DNA from: Pseudomonadota bacterium
GTDB taxonomy: Bacteria > Bdellovibrionota_C > UBA2361 > OMII01
Direction of reading: 5' to 3'
Length of the DNA: 64,000 bases
NCBI GenBank assembly: GCA_038134595.1
Contig: JAYPVM010000011.1
Span: 26,694 to 90,693 of the forward strand
Shown here: piece after piece, positions 59,400 to 64,000 of the stretch
Numbering within the stretch: position 1 is the stretch's first letter
Layout of the letters: every line of letters starts with the position of its first letter
Program-made: the position numbers and the translations under genes
The notes under the pieces: model-generated
The model's database searches: none
What the model was told of the DNA's origin: nothing
What the model saw: the letters and a program-made list of their open reading frames with translations, nothing else

Positions 59400-60987
59400 T
59401 CGCCAAGATATCCCCGAAGAGGTTCTAAACTGACAACTTCATCTCTAGTTCTGCGAACTCGCCTGTATGCTCAGGCGCTATTCGTGGGAAAAGGCAAAGG
59501 AGAAGCTTCAACACCATAGGAGACGAACTCCAGAAACCTCACTGCTCTATCAAATAGTCTACCACTCTCGGAATGACCTTCAATTCTAGTGGGAGTCGAG
59601 GTTCCAGCACCAGTATGGCTGCTTACGGTATGAAGTTATCAAAACCCTTGATGAGTACTTAATCTGCGGTGTACTCGCTCACGGTACCGCTCGGGTGTAT
59701 TGTGATGGATGCAAGCACTCGCTTCTTATCACGTTCTCCTGCAAACGCCGAGGGGTATGCCCCTCTTGCGGGGCGAAGAGAGCGGTGAAGTTTGCCGAGC
59801 ACATATACAGCGTCGTTATTGAGGATGTCCCTCATCGCCACACCGTCTTTACCATCCCAAAACGCCTGCGGGTGTTTTTTCGGTATGACCGCAAGCTCAA
59901 CACCATCCTCTTTCGGGCGGCTTGGGGAGCGCTCTCTCAACCGGTCGGGCTAGACAAAAGAGAACTCGCCGCTATCTTCACCATACAAACGGCTGGTGAA
60001 GCGCTTAACTATCACCCGCACCTGCACGGGCTCCTTGCTGACGGATACTGGAAGGACGGCGTCTTTACCAGATTCTCGGAGATAGACCTCAAACCAATAG
60101 AGGAAGCGTTCGCTAAAACGGGTGCTCGCTCAGCTCCACAAGCAAGAGCTTATCACTGACGATGACGTGGCGCAGATTCTCTCTCAGGATCACACTGGCT
60201 TTGGCGTCTGGCTAGAAGACCCCTTCCACGACAAAGAGAGTGAGCAGTTCGTCGCTCGCTACATCGAGCGCGATCCTCTATCTCTTGAAAAACTCTCAAT
60301 ACAGGACGACATCGTCACCTACACCACTAAGGACGGAGCGGCGCATGAGTTTGACGCACTGGAGTTTTTAGCAGCGCTCTCGTGTCATGTACCGAAGACC
60401 TATGAGTCAATAACCAGATACTACGGTCGCTACTCCTGTAAGCGACGGGGCGAACGCGCCAAGCTCGTCCCTCCCGAAGACCACGAGCAGGAGAGCGATT
60501 ACAGGAGAGAGTTCCGTAAGAGTGATTGGGCCGCGTGCATAAAGAGAATCTACGAGATAGATCCCTTAGAGTGCCCCAAGTGTAAAACCCAGATGAGGAT
60601 TATCGCCTTCATTCAGGACGAGCACTCAATCAAGGACATCATGAAGGCTTGAAGGAATCCCTGACTTCCAAGCCCCTCCTCCTATTCCTAAGTTCATCGA
60701 CACCGTAGAGGCTATCGATGAACTCCCCGCCTACGACTCATTTGAGCCGTCGCCTGATGACTTCTAAACTCCGCTTCTTCTGTGACGGAACGGGAGGAGT
60801 GCATCTGAAATGCTATTTTTCGCGACTTAGCGGCACAGCTTCGGCGCTCTTTGGACCGCTAAAACAATACCCGGGAGCTGTAGACCACTCACTTCAACCC
60901 TCGCATGACCCAGCTCGGCAGAGTTAGGGACAGCACCACTACCATGGTTCAACTACTTACGAAAAAGCGATCGATGTTCCTATCCTT
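59400..60987 (+). mobile_element. IS91/ISCR-like element ending in an oriIS-like terminus (left end approximate)
   Basis: Transposase pseudogene followed by about 220 nt of noncoding sequence ending GCGATCGATGTTCCTATCCTT, similar to IS91/ISCR oriIS ...TTCCTAT ends. Confidence 0.8.
59467..60767 (+). pseudogene. IS91/ISCR-like rolling-circle (HUH) transposase, pseudogene
   Basis: Zn-binding YCDGC...FSCKRRGVCPSC, HRHTVFTIPKRLR, HUH motif HPHLH, YYGRYS, DPLECPKC; TAG at 59587, frameshift near 60120, apparent +1 insertion giving TGA at 60650. Confidence 0.9.
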
Positions 60988-61364
60988 TTAGGTAGTCAGT
61001 TCATCGACTTTCTGCAGTTAGTACGATTGCATAGGTCTGCGTAATAATGGCGAGCCCAGTGTTCCGAGATAAGTCGGATTCGTTTGATTAGAAATCCCCC
61101 CTCCCCCGAGAACGTCCCTTAGGACCGGACTGATACGTTGGATAAATAGGTTACAGCCAAAGTTGTGTGTTATGTCGTAATAATTTGAAATCTTGTTTTT
61201 TTCATTATCGCCCGCGGTTTGCAAGTTCTTTATACGCGCTTTTTAAGGAAGTTTCTAACGCGAATGTGTTTAATAACCTCAAGCAATTCTGGCTGACAGA
61301 CGAACCTATGAATGTGTGATACGCAGTATCAGCGACGTAACTATCCATTTAAAAGGGGCAGGCT

Positions 61365-62786
61365 ATGTCAATTAAAAAGAACCTCGAATTTTTTTATTTG
61401 GTGCCCATTACGCTTCTCCTCATTGCTTTCAATGCTGTTTATGCACAACAGCCCAGAGAATGTCAAGGCACGGTCGATATTCCAGTTTATCGACAGGAGT
61501 TTGATAATAGTTCAGGTGAATTTGGAAAGGCAGTAATTACCCCCGATCATCCATTTGGGCTCGAGGGTTGTGGAGCACGGATTTACTTTGCACAAGAATT
61601 TTCCGAACCTCCAATTGTTGTCACACAGGTAGGGGGGACGGGAGAGGATTCCTTTGCGACCTATGTAACCCATCGCACCCAAACGTACTTCGACATTTTA
61701 GTTCTTCCTTGGAGGAAGGTTTCCTCTGAGGGGGCTGATTTATATTTGTCCTTGTCCTTTATGGCTATCAAACCTGGTCGTAACACACTCAACAGGGGGC
61801 TATCTGTGTTTGCCGGAGAGAAAACATTAGCTAACAATTATTCAGTTGTGCAAGTTGATAGGGAAAATTTATCAGATGCACAATATATACTTACTCAGCA
61901 GACAGACCCCAACGTATTTCCTTGTTCGATCCGAAGAAACCTTAAAGACAATTCGTCTAATGATTTTTTTAAGGGTGATAAAATTAGACTCGATTGCCGA
62001 CCCAAAAATTCACTACAGACGAATATTATGTACATTGCCTTTGATCCTCCCCCTGCAGTTCGTTCAATTAATGGGAGACCCAATTGTAGGCCGTTCACAG
62101 TCTTAAGGGGGGTTGGCTCAATAAGTAGCAAGATATCTTCGAATTTGACTGATAATCTTGAAGGGGTGGAGATTAGTGGATTTTCGATGCCTCAGACACT
62201 GAATGGCCCAGATGTCATTTTATCGGTACTTAATAGGGAACAAGATCAGCCGATAGTTCTTACGCTAAGAGAAGAGGTCTATAGTGACGCTGAAACAACA
62301 CACATTAACGAGTCTGTCTTTTATGTTTTGTTAAACATATGTGATCCAAACGAAAACATATTGAATAGTCCTTTAGCAACACCGACACCGCTAGCAACAC
62401 CGACACCGCTAGCAACACCAACTCCAGTAAATATCTTTACTGATAATGCTGCAATAACGCTAACCACCGATAGAGAGGTCTATCATGATCTAAGCCAATA
62501 TCTGGCGACGCAGGAGGTAACTCCCCAAAACACGACCTTCGAGCTGCTGACCCGAAACTTATTTGGAATTCGAGTGTCAATAGTAAATAATCGACCCCGC
62601 TTAGATTTTAATCCATGTGATTTTGTTGACCCTTTTAGGCCTTACCCCTTTTGTTACCCCTTAGTTACCGCAAATGGAATGCCAAACGAAATTAGGGGGG
62701 TTATACGCGCAAGTCATACGGACCCACTAACAGGTGTAATAACGAGAGACTATAAGCCCTTTACAATATTGTATGGGGGGAATTGA
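61365..62786 (+). CDS. Secreted protein with H-type-lectin-like N-terminal segment and PLATPT repeats
   Basis: Signal peptide ...FNAVYA-QQ; RIYFAQEFSEPPIVVTQV...THRTQTYFDI; (PLATPT)x3 linker. Confidence 0.7.
   Translation: MSIKKNLEFFYLVPITLLLIAFNAVYAQQPRECQGTVDIPVYRQEFDNSSGEFGKAVITPDHPFGLEGCGARIYFAQEFSEPPIVVTQVGGTGEDSFATYVTHRTQTYFDILVLPWRKVSSEGADLYLSLSFMAIKPGRNTLNRGLSVFAGEKTLANNYSVVQVDRENLSDAQYILTQQTDPNVFPCSIRRNLKDNSSNDFFKGDKIRLDCRPKNSLQTNIMYIAFDPPPAVRSINGRPNCRPFTVLRGVGSISSKISSNLTDNLEGVEISGFSMPQTLNGPDVILSVLNREQDQPIVLTLREEVYSDAETTHINESVFYVLLNICDPNENILNSPLATPTPLATPTPLATPTPVNIFTDNAAITLTTDREVYHDLSQYLATQEVTPQNTTFELLTRNLFGIRVSIVNNRPRLDFNPCDFVDPFRPYPFCYPLVTANGMPNEIRGVIRASHTDPLTGVITRDYKPFTILYGGN
62370..62425 (+). 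repeat. 18-bp coding tandem repeat (PLATPT x3)
   Basis: ..TAGCAACACCGACACCGC.. units. Confidence 0.8.
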
Positions 62787-62858
62787 CAATTGCCGTAATA
62801 TAATATTTCAACCTCGAAAATATCCACAGTTTGTAGAAAGGGGAAAATAGTTATTTGT

Positions 62859-63291
62859 AGATAGACCCCTTAGAGTGCCCCAAGTGTAAAACCCAGATGA
62901 GGATTATCGCCTTCATTCAGGACGAGCACTCAATCAAGGACATCATGAAGGCTTGAAGGAATCCCTGACTTCCAAGCCCCTCCTCCTATTCCTAAGTTCA
63001 TCGACACCGTAGAGGCTATCGATGAACTCCCCGCCTACGACTCATTTGAGCCGTCGCCTGATGACTTCTAAACTCCGCTTCTTCTGTGACGGAACGGGAG
63101 GAGTGCATCTGAAATGCTATTTTTCGCGACTTAGCGGCACAGCTTCGGCGCTCTTTGGACCGCTAAAACAATACCCGGGAGCTGTAGACCACTCACTTCA
63201 ACCCTCGCATGACCCAGCTCGGCAGAGTTAGGGACAGCACCACTACCATGGTTCAACTACTTACGAAAAAGCGATCGATGTTCCTATCCTT
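62859..63291 (+). mobile_element. 433-bp second copy of the IS91/ISCR-like 3' end (direct repeat of 60555-60987)
   Basis: Same sequence at offset 2304, one mismatch seen near its start; identical shadow ORFs at 60718 and 63022; ends at the same oriIS-like base. Confidence 0.92.
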
Positions 63292-63473
63292 CCGGCTATG
63301 CTGTGTAGACCTCTCTTCGCGTCGGCCGCCGCCATAAAAAATTCGCAGCAGGTTCACTTAGATTGCTCCCTTAGAGTGAAAAACCGGTGAGAAGCGCAGG
63401 CTATACGGGATACCGCATGAAGTCAGTTACCGCAAGCATCCAAAAAGCGCTCTTTAGGTTGTCCCGCGCGATA

Positions 63474-63998
63474 TTACTGCACCGTTACTGTACAGAATCG
63501 AGTTTGACACTCGTTGCACCCTCTGTAGTTCCTGTACTTCCTAATATGCCCTTCTTCAACATCATAGCAATGCCCTAAATTAGTGTTTGAGGTGGTATTT
63601 GACGGCCCCCTCAGACCCGTATGCCTCTGACAGGTATAGCGGTGGCTCCCTCTCTGGAGTCTAGGTGGTTTGTTTCTTACCAGCTGCATCATCTCTCTTT
63701 TGCACTGCCTAAGGCACGCAGCAGCGCCGACGTTGGTGGGGCTCCCGGGTCCGAAACCCTTCTGAGGATTGCGTGTTGGTCCCCACGGCCAATTCAAATC
63801 GCTATCTTGGGAGTTTGCCTCTCCAACACCACATATGATTGAGAAGACTGGGGTTCGCGTTGGTGTAGGAGTCGGAGTCTTCGTCGGAGTTGGGGTTTTC
63901 GTCGGAGTTATCGTTGGAGTCGGAGTCTTCGTTGGAGTTCTCGTTGGAGTTGGGGTTTTCGTCGGAGTTATCGTTGGAGTCGGAGTCTTCGTTGGAGT
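63474..63998 (-). CDS. C-terminal part of a Pro/Thr-repeat protein with a Cys-rich end domain (start outside the window)
   Basis: Frame open from the edge: TPTKTPTPTITPTKTPTPTRTPT...RTPVFSIICGVGE...CLRQCK...GCNECQTRFCTVTVQ*. Confidence 0.75.
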   Translation of the reverse strand, partial: TPTKTPTPTITPTKTPTPTRTPTKTPTPTITPTKTPTPTKTPTPTPTRTPVFSIICGVGEANSQDSDLNWPWGPTRNPQKGFGPGSPTNVGAAACLRQCKREMMQLVRNKPPRLQRGSHRYTCQRHTGLRGPSNTTSNTNLGHCYDVEEGHIRKYRNYRGCNECQTRFCTVTVQ

Positions 63999-64000
63999 TC
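63851..64000 (-). repeat. Coding Thr-Pro tandem repeats including a near-exact 60-bp duplication
   Basis: 63881-63940 vs 63941-64000 differ at one base. Confidence 0.85.

Noticed and set aside
60718..60927. 69-aa ORF and its twin at 63022-63231 as real genes
   Set aside because: They overlap the true transposase tail and the noncoding element end; identity simply reflects the 433-bp duplication.
63851..64000. Repeat array as a possible CRISPR
   Set aside because: No unique spacers; repeats are in-frame Thr-Pro codons of a minus-strand CDS.

Overview
64 kb of bacterial chromosome from a Gram-negative-type organism: it has an outer-membrane beta-barrel gene, lipoproteins and a meso-DAP-type MurE. 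The lineage cannot be fixed from sequence alone. The housekeeping backbone comprises rsgA, a perR-peroxiredoxin-thioredoxin operon with a clear Per box, acs, yjdM/phnA, an MFS transporter, valS, an ABC-F ATPase, lysA-dapF-murE, a pyrD-like gene and large-type purL. It is interleaved with orphan and secreted proteins, including a 1.8k-aa Ig-repeat protein, several Pro/Thr-repeat proteins, a multi-HTH protein and a 1033-aa translocator-like protein. Two accessory regions stand out. (1) At 9.6-13.2 kb, a tightly coupled operon encodes a thymidylate-kinase-family protein, a Gfo/Idh/MocA oxidoreductase, a DegT aminotransferase and a Nudix hydrolase, next to an IS91-like relic. The last three match the enzyme families of the puromycin Pur10/Pur4/Pur7 steps, and a nucleotide kinase replaces the tailoring genes. 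It is a candidate stand-alone 3'-amino-nucleotide (chain-terminator) system, possibly antiviral; this function is inference. (2) At 53-64 kb, an IS-scarred island carries a broken IS3, a secreted vWA/Tic22-like gene cluster, and a perfect 40-bp palindrome made of two IS91/ISCR oriIS-like ends. It also holds a three-gene MNIO (DUF692) RiPP cluster with a chryseobasin-like CTACGRG precursor, and a dead IS91/ISCR-like transposase whose 433-bp 3' end is directly repeated around a cargo gene. No rRNA, tRNA or CRISPR array was recognised.
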